64,000 bases of DNA from Octopus sinensis (taxonomy: Eukaryota): positions 3,348,001-3,412,000 of the forward strand of contig NC_043024.1 in assembly GCF_006345805.1 (NCBI RefSeq). The letters are read 5' to 3'. Each line of letters starts with the position of its first letter. Position 1 is the stretch's first letter. Below, piece by piece: positions 52,200 through 64,000 of the stretch. The notes under the pieces were generated by a model that saw only the letters and a program-made list of their open reading frames with translations, was not told where the DNA came from and ran no database searches. A program made the translations under genes and the position numbers.

Positions 52200-52405
52200 C
52201 ACTTCTTGAGTTACTTAAACAACATCCGTGTCAAGGAATTCTGCACAGCTTCTCACAACCTCTATCACTATTTTGACCGATATGTCCTGCCGTCAGTGGA
52301 CCAAAGCAATGTCCAGCAGTTCAAAACTAAAGAGAATATTGATGACAGCAACCGTCGTTATGCTGCACTGAATCTTGCAGCTTTGCACTTTAGTTTTGGA
52401 CACAA
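52200..52405 (+). CDS. ANAPC5: ANAPC5 coding exon 7
   Basis: HFLSYLNNIRVKEF...HYFDR...RYAALNLAALHFSFGH matches the diagnostic APC5 motifs HYLSYLNNLRV, HYFDR and RYAALNLAALH. Canonical splice sites. Confidence 0.96.
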
Positions 52406-52849
52406 GTAAGTCCCATTGATTTTTCAGTTAGACCTTGAACTTGTTTTATCTTGTACTTATTTCAGTCATTGGACTGCGGCCATGCTGTGTCACAGCCTTG
52501 AAGGATTTGTTTGAATAGACCAACCTCAGAACTTATTGCTAAAGTCATCATGATTGTCATTCTACACCCATTTTTCCATGCTGGCCTGGGTTGGACAAAA
52601 TACATGCTCCTGTGTCTGGAATTGAACCTTCTCTCCTCTCCCCCCAGGCTGCCTGGGTGAAAGCCAGAAATGCTAATCACTCGACCACATGTGAGTCTGG
52701 TACTTGTTATCTTGGTCTCTTTTGCTGAACTGTGAAGTTATGGGGACATAAGCAAACTCTATACCGGTTGTCAAGTGGTGCAATGGGGACAAATACAAAC
52801 ACACACACACACACACACACAATTCAAATAATAAGACAAAGAAAAACTT

Positions 52850-53015
52850 TAGACGTAGGAGTGGCTGTGTGGTAAGTAGCTTGCTTACGAACCACATGCT
52901 TCTGGGTCAGTCCCACTGCATGGCATCTTGGCCAAGTGTCTTCTGCTATAGCCTCGGGCTGACCAAAGCCTTGTGAGTGGATTTGGTAGACGGAAACTGA
53001 AAGAAGCCTGTCGTA

Positions 53016-53062
<47 letters not shown>

Positions 53063-53262
53063 TTTTGTGTCTGTGTTTGTCCCCCCAACATTGCTTGACA
53101 ACCGATGGTGGTGTTTATGTCCCCCGTAACTTAGCGGTTTGGCAAAAGAGACTGATAGAATAAGTACTAGGCTTACAAAGAATAAGTCCTGGGGTCGATT
53201 AGCTTGACTAAAGGCGGTGCTCCAGCATGGCCACAGTCAAATGACTGAAACAAGTGAAAGAG
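52850..53262 (+). mobile_element. tRNA-derived SINE family 1 (representative full copy)
   Basis: A box TGGCTGTGTGGTAA, B box GGTTCAGTCCC-like, central (TA/TG)n, tail ...AATGACTGAAACAAG. More than 15 copies, e.g. 10653-11260, 14750-15135, 27788-28180, 40945-41360(-), 44008-44380(-), 51596-51998(-), 57125-57530(-), 61795-62172(-). Confidence 0.9.
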
Positions 53263-53926
53263 TATATCGTTATTGACCAGTTACAAGTGTTTCTGTTCCA
53301 CCACTGCTTTCGTTGCCAGTTTATGCAAAAGTTTAAAGTGAAAATTTATGTAATATTTGTAGTTTTATATTTCATGTGTCTTTACATTGAGTTCAAATTC
53401 TGCTGAGGTCGACTTTGCCTTTCATCCTTTCGGGTTTGATAAATTAAGTACCTGTTGTGTATTGGGGTTGATCTAATCAACTGCTTCTCCTCCCCAAATA
53501 AAATTTTGGGCGTTGTGCCTAGAGTAGAAAAGAATATTTGCAGTTTTAAACATCAGAGTGGCATTTCCTCAGAGCTGCATCAAAGGTGTGCTCATACATG
53601 GTGCATCTGTCAGACTTTGTGTTTTACTTGTATTGGGAGGAAAGAAAAATCAAGTAAATATGTAGTCATGCTGGGGCAGTGCCCTGAAAGGTTTAGCGAA
53701 ACAATCATCCCCTGCACATAGTTTTTTCAGTCTGGTGACTGAAACTAGCAAAAGGTAAAAGTTACATACACACACACACACACACAGAGGTGTGTGCTCT
53801 TCTACAGCAGCACACCTGTTTCTGCCCTCATTCTTGATCACTCTCTCTCTTCTTGCTCTTCCCTCTGGCTGGGTAACCAGGTATCTCCTTTAGAGCAGTA
53901 CACCTGTTTCTGTCCTCATGCTTGTT

Positions 53927-53963
<37 letters not shown>

Positions 53964-55632
53964 GTCTGCCTCTCTAACACACTCTAACCTTTTGGCCATC
54001 TGGCACAAGATCACCTCCTCCAATGCCCCCTCCCCTCTCAAAGATTCTTTGTCCTGCAAGTTACCTGGTGACCCTGCCAGAACTGGTACCACTTAAAAAG
54101 CGCCCAGTCCTCACTGTGAAGTGGTTGGCATTTGGAAGTGCATCCAGCTGTAAAAACCATGCCAAAACAGACCTCACCTGTGCTGATGCCACTCTGCAGG
54201 ACGGCCGGTGTTAGGAAGGGCAGCATCCAGGTGTAAAACCCTTGCCAAAACAGACACAGAAGTTTGGCATAGTCTTCTGCTTGGCCAGCTACTGTCAAAC
54301 TGTCCAACCCATGTTAAATGATGATGTTGACGATGATTGCTTCATCTTGACAGATGATAGCTGTCTCAAGAACACACATCACAATCCCTCCATTGATGAG
54401 CTCTCAGATAACTTTTAAGACCAGCTGCTGTCTGGCAGGGCTTAAAACACAAGCAACAGATATTATTCAAGTTTCTTTCACATTGGAATCTGATTCTGAA
54501 GGAATGTTTCTGTGAGCCAGCATATGTCTTTTTAGCCCAGATATTGTCTTACAAGTTTTTGTGACATGTACCTCTCCCAAACAGTTGAAGGAATCTGGGG
54601 TAGAGGTAGACCCAGGAAGACATGGGGGTGAGGTGGTCGAGTACGACTTTTGAACGTTGGGCCTCACAGAGGCAATGACGAAAGACCAAGACCTCTGGAG
54701 ATATGCTGTGATTGCGAAGACCCGACAAATGAATTGAGTTCATGGTTCGCAGGATGGCCTGCTGTGCTTATCTTGGATCGTAGGGCGACCTGTTGTGCTT
54801 GAGGAGACCTTATTGAGTCAAGTACATCAACATCAAAATAAAAATCAAATGGAAATTGTAGTTGTGATACCTGTGCCGGTGGCATGTAAAAAGCACCATC
54901 CGGAAGTGGCTGATGCCAGCACCGCCTTAACTGGTGTCTGTGCCGGTGACACGTAAAAAGCACCAACTGATTGTGGCTGTTGCCAGCCTCCTCTGGCCCC
55001 TGTGCTGGTGGCACGTAAAAAGTATCCACTACGCTCACAAAGTGGTTGGCGTTAGGAAGGGTATCCAGCTGTAGAAACACTGCCAGATCAGCCTGGAGCC
55101 TGGTGCAGCCTCCTGGCTTCCCAGACCCCAGTTGAATCATCCAACCCATGCTAGCATGGAAAATGGATGTTAAACGATGATGATGATGATGATAACACAA
55201 GTTGTAAGAGGCAGTTGGAGTTCAAGATTATTAACTACCTGGGCATTTCGATTTTCATGTGACTTCATATGATTCATGTATCCTGCTTTTGACAACAGAA
55301 CATTCATACATGCATACAGTTGAACCTTGGCTTATGAATTTAATTCAAGATGAGAAATGGCAGATTCGAGCAGGGATGTGCTCTGAGTGAAAGCTAAACA
55401 CCTCTCCCGCTTATGCTGCCAGCTTGTGTGTACATTACTCGAAACACTGTTTGTCACCCAAGATGTTTTGTATTTGGAAAATTGTTCATAAACTGAGCTT
55501 GCACTGAATGTATGTGTGTGTCTGTGTGTACGTATGCATGTTTTATGTATGTATGTAACTAACAAATTAGCCAACCAACCATTTGTATTGCTTATTTAAC
55601 CACCATTAAACCAATTTCCATCTGTTTTTCAG

Positions 55633-55714
55633 AGAACAAGCTATTGCAGCCTTACGAGAAGCCATTCGTATGGCTCAGGAAAATAACGATCACTTATGTC
55701 TCCAGCACGCTTTG
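55633..55714 (+). CDS. ANAPC5: ANAPC5 coding exon 8
   Basis: EQAIAALREAIRMAQENNDHLCLQHAL vs human QQAELALQEAIRIAQESNDHVCLQHCL. Canonical splice sites. Confidence 0.95.
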
Positions 55715-56320
55715 GTAAGAACAATTAGTTTGGCATTTTCTAGCTTTCTCTTATTCTCTTCATTCCCTTCTCTCTTCTTTGTCATCAACCTGAGCACCTG
55801 TCTGTCACTATCCTCCCTATCTCTCTTTGCACCTATCTGTCACCTTCCTCTCTCTCTCTCTCTGTTTGCAGTTGTCTGTTGTCTCTTTCTCTATTTCTTT
55901 CCATTTGTCTTTCTCCCTCATTCCCTTCTTCTCATTCCCTTCTTTGTCGTCAACCTGTCTCTTTCTCCCTGCTTGTTCTAATTGATTCTTTCTCTCTCTT
56001 TCTTTTACATTATGTCACCTCCTAAGGTGGAGAGCTGGCAGAAATGTTAGCATGCCGGGTGAAATGCTTTCGTCTGTCTTTATGTTCTGAGTTCAAATTC
56101 TGCCAAGGTCGACTTTGCCTTTCAACCTTTAGGGGTCAATGAATTAAGTACCAGTTGCATACTGGAATCAGTACAATTGACAGGCCCCCTCCCCTAGAGT
56201 AGAAAAGATTATGTTACCTCCTCCCCTAACATGCTTTGTCTTGTGGCAACTCCAAGTACGATTATAAGCTAATAAATTAAACTTTCATTTATTCACTGCT
56301 TTCAATCCATTTTTCTCCAG

Positions 56321-56395
56321 GTTTGGCTGCATCGTCTTGGAGATGAGGGAAGTGCTGAAACAGCAAAACTTATGAAGAGACAAATTTCTCTCCCA
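56321..56395 (+). CDS. ANAPC5: ANAPC5 coding exon 9
   Basis: VWLHRLGDEGSAETAKLMKRQISLP vs human SWLYVLGQKRSDSYVLL...GLP. CTCCAG acceptor, GTAAGT donor. Confidence 0.85.
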
Positions 56396-57315
56396 GTAAG
56401 TATTGAAATATAAAATCTACATCATTGTCATCATCATCATCATCATTTCCATCATCATTGTAATCACTGATCGTCATCATGACCATCATTGTCATATGTC
56501 TGTTTACCACACTGGCATGAAGAACTGCTTTCAATTATCAGGCAACCCCTATGGACTTAAATGGGGACAGCCCTTATACATAGTTTTCGTTCAGCTAGTT
56601 ATACTATTAATGTTACTTTTTCTTCTTGAATTGTCTCTTCTGTCTTTTAGTCGTTTCAGTCATTAGACTATGGCCATGCTGGGGCACTGCCTCGAAGAAT
56701 TTTTTTGTTGAATGAATTGACTCCACTAATTTTTTTTTTATGTCTGGTACTTATTTTATCAGTCACTTTTGCGAGACAACTAAGTTATTGGGACTTAAAT
56801 GAACCAACACCGGTTGGGAGACTTACACAGACACAAAGATGCACACAAACATGCGTGTGTGTATTATATGTGTATACATATGCAACGAGCTTCTTTCAGT
56901 TTCCGTCTAACCAACCAAATCCACTCACAAGGCCCTGGTTGACCTGAGGTTATAGAAGAAGACACTTGCCCAAGGTGCCATGCTGTGGGACTGAACCCAG
57001 AACCATGTGGTTGGCAAGTAAGCTTCTTACCACACAGCCATGCCACTTAGGATTTCTGATACTTACATAAATATCTCAACAGTTAACTCTTTATGTTTAG
57101 CTGTTGCCAAACCATTGTTAATCTCTCTCTTTACTTGTTTCAGTCATTTGACTGCAGACATGCTGGAGCACCGCCTTTAGCCTAGCAAATCGACCCCAGG
57201 ACTAGTAAGCCTAGTACTTATTCTATCGGTTCTCTTTTGCTGAACCGCCAAGTTACGGGGATGTAAACACACCAGCATCGGTTGTCAAGCGATGTTGGGT
57301 GGGGGTGGGTGACAA

Positions 57316-57364
<49 letters not shown>

Positions 57365-57656
57365 CGACGGGCTTCTTTCAGTTTCCATCTACCAATTTCC
57401 ACTCACAAGGCTTTGGTCGGCCTGAAGCTATAGTAGAAGACACTTGCCCAAAGTGCCACGCAGTGGGACTGAACCTGAAACCATGTGTTTGGTAAGCAAG
57501 TTACTTACCACACAGCCACTCCTGCACCTATTGAAAAATAAAGAAAATAATAAGAAGCAACAATCTTTAATCATATCTTTTTGTATTCACTTTTATCTGT
57601 TGATGATGGTTAACGTTTTTGTCATAGAATCTTGTCTTATGCTCTTTTTTGTTCAG

Positions 57657-57724
57657 GCTTTGGCATTGTTGAATATCCAGTCTCTTGCTAAGTACAATGC
57701 ATTTGCTAAAATGAAACCAGCCAA
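57657..57724 (+). CDS. ANAPC5: ANAPC5 coding exon 10
   Basis: ALALLNIQSLAKYNAFAKMKPA vs human YLASLGIQSLVQQRAFAGKTA. TTCAG acceptor, GTAAGT donor. Confidence 0.88.
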
Positions 57725-58790
57725 GTAAGTAGGGCATTTTAAATTTGGTTACAAAGTTACAGAGTTGAAATGTGTAACCATTTCAACCTGGCAAATTCTC
57801 AATTTCCACTTCAGTTTCTTTTTTCTAGACTGTCTTTGGCTTAGAGAAGAGGAAGGGCTGTGTTCACGAGTCTGATGAGTAGAAAGGAGGACTTTAGATT
57901 GAGAGCAGAGATGTGGCTTGAATGCTTGCAATAGAGTACTTTCGTTTACTTAAACCCTTTGCTCCCTATGGAGCATGAGCCATTGATGATCTCTCTCCAC
58001 CATTCTCAACTCTGGGCTGTCTTTCCTACATTCTTCAGGTCTTGTTGGTTCTGAATGTGGAGGGTACCTGTAGAAGGGGTAGACCCAGGAAGATGTAGGA
58101 CGAAGTGGTGAGAAAGGATCATTGGACGCTGGGCCTCACTGAGGAAATGACTGGGTATCAGCAGATGTGATTTGCTGTACTTGATAAAATGTGCCAAGCT
58201 AAGTAAAATCGCTGTCTCCCATACATAGAGGCTTGTCCTTTCATGTGCTGATGCCACTTAAAAAGCACCTGTGTTGGTGCTGCATGAATGCACCCATGCA
58301 GGTGGAACATAGAAAATACCTGATACACTCTGTAAAGTGGTTGGCATTAGGAAGGGCATCCAGTCATAGAAACCATGCCACAACAGACAGTTGGAGTCTG
58401 GACTGCTCCATGTTAACCAGCCCCATGTCAAACCATCCAACCCATGCCAACATGGAAAATGGACATTATACGATGTTGAGGATGATGATGATCATCATCA
58501 TCATTGTTTCTGTGATGTTACTTGTCTCTTTGTAGGCCCAATGCAAGCATTTTTTTTAACCCCTGGGAAGTTTGGCCCCTATCCTTTGACTTCTCCAGCA
58601 TAGGATGCCCTGCCAGGAGCTTTGTGTTCCACTTGGTTCTCAGGTCAATGAGGCGTGCATGCCACCACACTGCAACAAGAACTGGACCTTGTGGTTGCAA
58701 ACGAGTGACCCCTGGTAATGGCAGCAGTGATTCCACACAGCTTCTGTCCAGCAAATTACATTCTTTATTATAGTATGAATTAGAAATTAA

Positions 58791-59262
58791 CCCTTTTGAT
58801 ATCAACTTGGCTGAAGCAGCCTCTGGCTCTGTAGTACAAATGTCTTGTTTTCAAAAGTTTTGAATTAAAATCTTCCACCAAACCTTAGTAACAATTTATG
58901 TTCCTAACACTAGCTTAATGATAACAAAGCTATTTTACTAAATTCTTTTGTTTTATTTAAAATTAAAAGAAACAGAGCATCTCAACAGAAATATGGCAAT
59001 GAAAGGGTTAAAATATATAAAAGAGAAACAATTCTTAATCCTTTTGGTACCAAACTAGCTGAAGCCACCTCTGGCTCTGTGTAGTACAAATGTCTTGTTT
59101 TCAAAAGGTCTGAATTAAAATCTTCCACCAAACCTTCATCACAATTTATGTTCCTAACACTAGCTTAATGATAACTAAATTATTTTACTAAATTCTTTGG
59201 TATATTTAAAATTAATTGAAAGAAACACAAAACATCTCAGCAGAAATACGGTAACAAGAGGG
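58791..59262. mobile_element. Two adjacent TTAA-flanked piggyBac-type MITEs (58791-59007, 59039-59262)
   Basis: TTAA-CCCTTT...AAAGGG-TTAA termini. Same family at about 2784-2973 and inverted at about 14730-15280 (split by a SINE). Confidence 0.75.
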
Positions 59263-60776
59263 TTAATTAGGCAAGTGTGATGGGACAGATGCACTTTTTG
59301 TAATTAGTTATCAAATTTATCAAAATTGCAGCATTGTTATACAGTAAATACAAAGCATGTATTACATATGTGTGTGTATTCTTTATTTATTATTTTTTTT
59401 TTTTACTTGTTTCAGTCACTTTGACTGTGGCCATGCTGGAGCACCACCTTTAGAAGGGTTTTAGTTGAACAAATCATCCCCAGGACATGGGGCTAGTTAG
59501 CATGGAGCAGTCCAGACTCCAACTGTCTGTTGTGGCATGGTTTCTATGACTGGATGCCCTTCCTAATGCCAGCCACTTTTCAGAGTGTGTCAGGTATTTT
59601 CTATGTTCCACCTGCACGGGTGCATTCATGCAGCACCAACACAGGTGCTTTTTAAGTGGCATCAGCACATGAAAGGACAAGCCTCTATGTATGAGAGACA
59701 GCGATTTTACTTAGCTTTAGCACATCTAGTACTTATTCCAATAATCTCTTTGACCTGAGGCTATAGCAGAAGACACTTACTCAAGGTGTCACGCAGTGGA
59801 ACTGAACCTGGAACTATGTGGTTGGGAAGCCAACTTCCTACCACAGTGCATTGCTGCAGCTACTTCTCTTCTGTCGAACCATGAGAGTTTCTTCTGCTGA
59901 ACCTTCTGGATTCAGTCTTCGCATGCATAGGTATGCTAATTAACCCATAGCTGGGACCCTGGTACTCTGCAACAAAGTTGACCTAAGAATCATAGTGGCT
60001 AAGAGGTGGTTCCTTACTTGTCAAAACCCTGGAATTCCTGAACTGGGGCACCACTCCTAATGAAGTATAATGTTGTGCTTCTGTTAAAATGGAAGCACTT
60101 AGATTGTGGAAATGTGATTTTAACCATTAATTTTAAAGAAATGGAAGAGCTGAAGTGGAATTGTGTCATTGACTAAGTCGCAGAAAACAGATGAGACTTT
60201 GTTACATGGTTTGTGTAACGTAAACTTTTTTTTGCTTAATTTAATAATTTTATTATTATACTTGGGGATGACCATATTTTGTTAATTAAACACACACACA
60301 CTATATATGGTCTTTACTTCAGCATTATTATCATTATTAAGGTGGTGAGCTGGCAGAATTGTAAGCACGCCAGATGGAATGCTTCGCAGCATTTCGTCCA
60401 TCTTTACGTTCTGAGTTCAAATTCTGCCAAGGTCGACTTTGCATTTCATCCTTTCGGGGTCGATAAAATAAGTGGCAGTTGAACACTAGAGTCAATTACA
60501 CAGACTCCTCCCCTCTCCCAAAATTGCTGTCCTTGTGGCAAAATTTAAAACCATTATTATTATTATTATTAGTATTATACTTTCTTTGTCAAAGCTCTTT
60601 CATCACACATCCTGTGACCTCTTCAGTAACTCTGTATCTCAAATGTTCTCTTGTTCAGCTTAGTCCATTTTGTCTTTCTGTGATATCTATCCTTATTTGC
60701 ACATGTGTTTTGTGTGTATATGGATTTGCTTACTACACTGTTTGTACCTGTTTCTTTTATTTGATTAAATTTTCAG

Positions 60777-60890
60777 TGTCATTGAAAGCATGTTATCCAA
60801 TAATGTCCTGAGTAGTCAGTTCTCTCATGGGGAGTTTGCTTGCATCAGCCTTGCACAGATTGCTGCTCTCTGGCATACCTATGGCAAGAG
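60777..60890 (+). CDS. ANAPC5: ANAPC5 coding exon 11
   Basis: VIESMLSNNVL...CISLAQIAALWHTYGKR vs human ...DISIAQKTAIWRLYGRS. TTTCAG acceptor, AG|GTAAGA donor. Confidence 0.88.
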
Positions 60891-63251
60891 GTAAGACATT
60901 CCTTTGTTTTATTTATTCTTTTTGCTCATTTCATCATCAGACTTCCTAAGTCCCTTTTCCCTTTCTAAACCAGGAGTAAATCTTGGGAGCTTCATGTCAT
61001 CATTTCTTGTTGTCATGGTTGCCTTTTTTAAAACAGGTTCATACCAGCAAATGACCTTCTTGTCTCCTGCTATTTTAGTCACCTCTTACAACACATAGAA
61101 ACATGTTCAGTTACTTTTAACCTTGTTTCAATCATTGGACTGCGGACATACTGGGGCATCACATTGTAGAGCTGCATAAATTGATCCTGGTACTAATTTT
61201 TTGTTTTGAAGTCTGGTACTTAATTCTCTTGATCTATTTTGCCTAGCTACTAGGCGATGTAAACAAACCAACACTGGCTGTCAAGCAGTAATGGGAAAAA
61301 CACAGACATCCTGCCACCCATACACCCACCTACACACATGAGAAGCTTCTACACAGTTTCTGTCTGCAAAATTTACTCACAGGGCATTGACTGGCCTTGG
61401 GCTATAAGAGAGAAGACACTTGCCCAAAGTACTGTGCAGTGGGACTGAACCTGAAACCATTCAGATTTCTCTGTCAAATATAATGCTTATTTAGTCACAT
61501 TGAGGTAGATTAGACATGCTTTACTTTGTGGCTTCGAGATTACAATGTCATTGTTTATTTTTAGAATGACGTTGTAGGGTTGGTGTGAGAGGCTGGATCT
61601 GGCCAGTATGAAGATAAAACAGGTAGATTATTTTGGTTGGATATGGCCAGTTTAAATGCTAAAGGGTTAATATGGGTATTATCTTACTTCACTCACTGAC
61701 TTGAATGATGCTCTGGTGCATCCATCACAATGCAGCTTATGGTCCCTGCTGGTCTGCCTGTGATTCTGCTTCAACTCTTATGTGTCTGTACTCTCTTTTA
61801 CTTGTTTCAGTCATTTGACTGTGGCCATGCTGGAGCACCGCCTATAGTCGAGCAAATCGACCCCAGGACTTATTCTTTGTAAGCCTAGTACTTATTCTAT
61901 CGATTTCTATTGGTTCCTTCTGCCGAACCACTAATTTACAGGGGCGTAAACATACCACCATTGGTTGTCAAGTGATGTTGTGGGGACAAACACAGACACA
62001 CACACACACGCACGTATATACACACATATATATGACAGGCTTCTTTCAGTTTCTGTCTGCCAAATCCACTCACAAGGCTTTGGTCGGCCTGAGGCTATAG
62101 TAGAAGTGGGACTGAACCTGGAACCATGTGGTTGGTAAGCAAGCTACTTACCACACAGCCACTCCTGCACCTGTAGCTTACATTGGGTTCAGCATTTGTG
62201 CATATTGAGTGAAGTCATCTTCCTAAAGGTGCTTGGCACTTCAGATTCCTTTCTTCTTTCCTATTTGATGAAACCTTTGTCTTTGCTAAGTTTATACGAA
62301 AGCCTCTCAATTCTAGGCTTTTCTCCCTTGCCCAGAATTTCCTCTTTAATTCCCTTGTAGATTCAGCTATATGTACATGTGTGTGTGTCTTTGACTTTGT
62401 TGTTGTCCCACCACCACTGCTTGACAACTGGTATTGATTTGTTAGCATCCGTGCAACTTAGTAGTTTGCCAAAAAAAAGATCAATAGAACAAGTACCAAC
62501 CCTTTAACATTCAAATCGGCCATATCCGGTCCAGATATTTCTACAAATCCTATGTTGAAACCATCCAGATCAAGCCTCTCACACCTGCCCAACAAAGGTA
62601 TTTGGAAAATAAACAATCATCATCATCATCATCAGTTAACATCTGTTTTCCGTGCTGGCATGGGTTGGACGGTTTGACTGGAGTAGGTAAGGCCAGGGGC
62701 TGCACCAGGCTCCATTGTCTGTTCTGGTATAGATTTTTTTATAGCTGGATGCCCTTCCTAACACCAGCCACTTCATATAGTGTACTGGGTGCTTTTAACA
62801 TGGCACCAATTACATCATCGAAATGGAGCCCAGAACTATGAGATAATCCATGATTATTTCAAAAACAAGCATTAAATTTGACAGAGTAATCATCATCATC
62901 ATCATCATCATTTAATGTCTGTTGTCCATGCTGGCATGGGTTGGACAGTTTGACTTGCGCTGGTAAGCTGAGGGGTCTGCTCCAGACTCCTGTCTGATCT
63001 GGCATGGTGTCCATGCCTGGATGCCCTTCTCAATGCCCACCACTCCAAGAGTAAACTGAATGCTAAATGGTTAAAAGGGGGTTGATTTGTGTGACTAAAA
63101 CCCTTTGAGGTGGTACCCCAGCATGGCCACAGTCTAATGACTGAAAGCAGTAAAAGAAAAATGAGTATAACTTTGCTCATCCCTGACCCCATTCAAAATA
63201 TCTATGTCTTTGTGTCTTTAGTAAGAAATTTCCTTATGGTTGTCTTTGCAG

Positions 63252-63375
63252 AGAAAATTGTTCCCTTATCAGCCAATTGATCCTCCATCTAGACACGTCA
63301 GATGCAGGAATCTATCGAAACGAGGAATCAGTTTGTATTGCCATGTGTAACTTGGCCAGGCATCATTTTGATCAG
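63252..63375 (+). CDS. ANAPC5: ANAPC5 coding exon 12 (gene continues beyond the window)
   Basis: ENCSLISQLILHLDTSDAGIYRNEESVCIAMCNLARHHFDQ vs human ...QMLLSMNS...NTESFAVALCHLAELHAEQ. TTGCAG acceptor, CAG|GTAAC donor. Confidence 0.9.
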
Positions 63376-64000
63376 GTAACTCCAAATCCTTTAACTTCAG
63401 CATTATCCATACACATGCATGTGTGTATAGGTATGTTTGTGTGTGTGAGAGCATATGTATATATGTGCCTGTGTATTTGACAGTTTCTGTGTGAATGTGT
63501 GTACTTTTATGCATATGTGTGTAAGCTAAGATCAGATTGTTCATTATTGATCACAGCACCAGTGAGGGTAAAATCAATGAACTATATACAATATGTATCG
63601 AATCAACAGTTTTTCATTAACTTCTGTAATATGTTTTATATAAACCCTTCACTATTGTCTTTGTAATATGCTCTTCTTGTGGCTCCTGTGGCAAATAAAT
63701 GCAATTATTATTATTAAGTTGGCAAATGGCCGTGACTACAATTCACTTGGCTTGACGAGTCTTCTCAAACATAGCATATCATTGAAGGTTTTGGTCACTT
63801 GTCATTGCTTCCATGAGGCCCAATGTTTGAAGATCATTTTTCACCATTATTCAGAATGTAAGAATGGATGAAATTCTACTACTACTACTACTAATAATCT
63901 ATTTTACTAAAGGCACAAGGCCTGAAATTTTAGCAGAGGGGATAAGTTGATCAAGTTGCTATGGTGATCAATTGATGTTGCTTATGTAAGCGACTTAACC

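Overview
AT-rich, repeat-dense eukaryotic genomic DNA. The SINE, RTE-LINE and microsatellite content suggests an octopus/coleoid cephalopod (inference). The + strand carries an intronless BBIP1 (BBS18/BBIP10) ORF at 34149-34337. About 1.4 kb downstream are 12 phase-consistent coding exons of ANAPC5 (35744-63375), which continues past the window. ANAPC5's first coding exon begins at a splice acceptor, so its transcript must start upstream, probably at the CpG-rich promoter in front of BBIP1; this suggests a shared-first-exon or bicistronic BBIP1-ANAPC5 unit. The left 27 kb holds candidate spliced minus-strand exons with no long ORF. The rest is mobile DNA: two tRNA-type SINE families (one in tandem arrays), RTE LINE fragments, a decayed Penelope-like element with a degenerate hammerhead ribozyme, a mariner pseudogene, Helitron-like elements, several MITE types, and a TSD-flanked ORF1-only retroelement whose 3' tail matches a SINE tail. 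All calls were made by eye; repeat boundaries are approximate.
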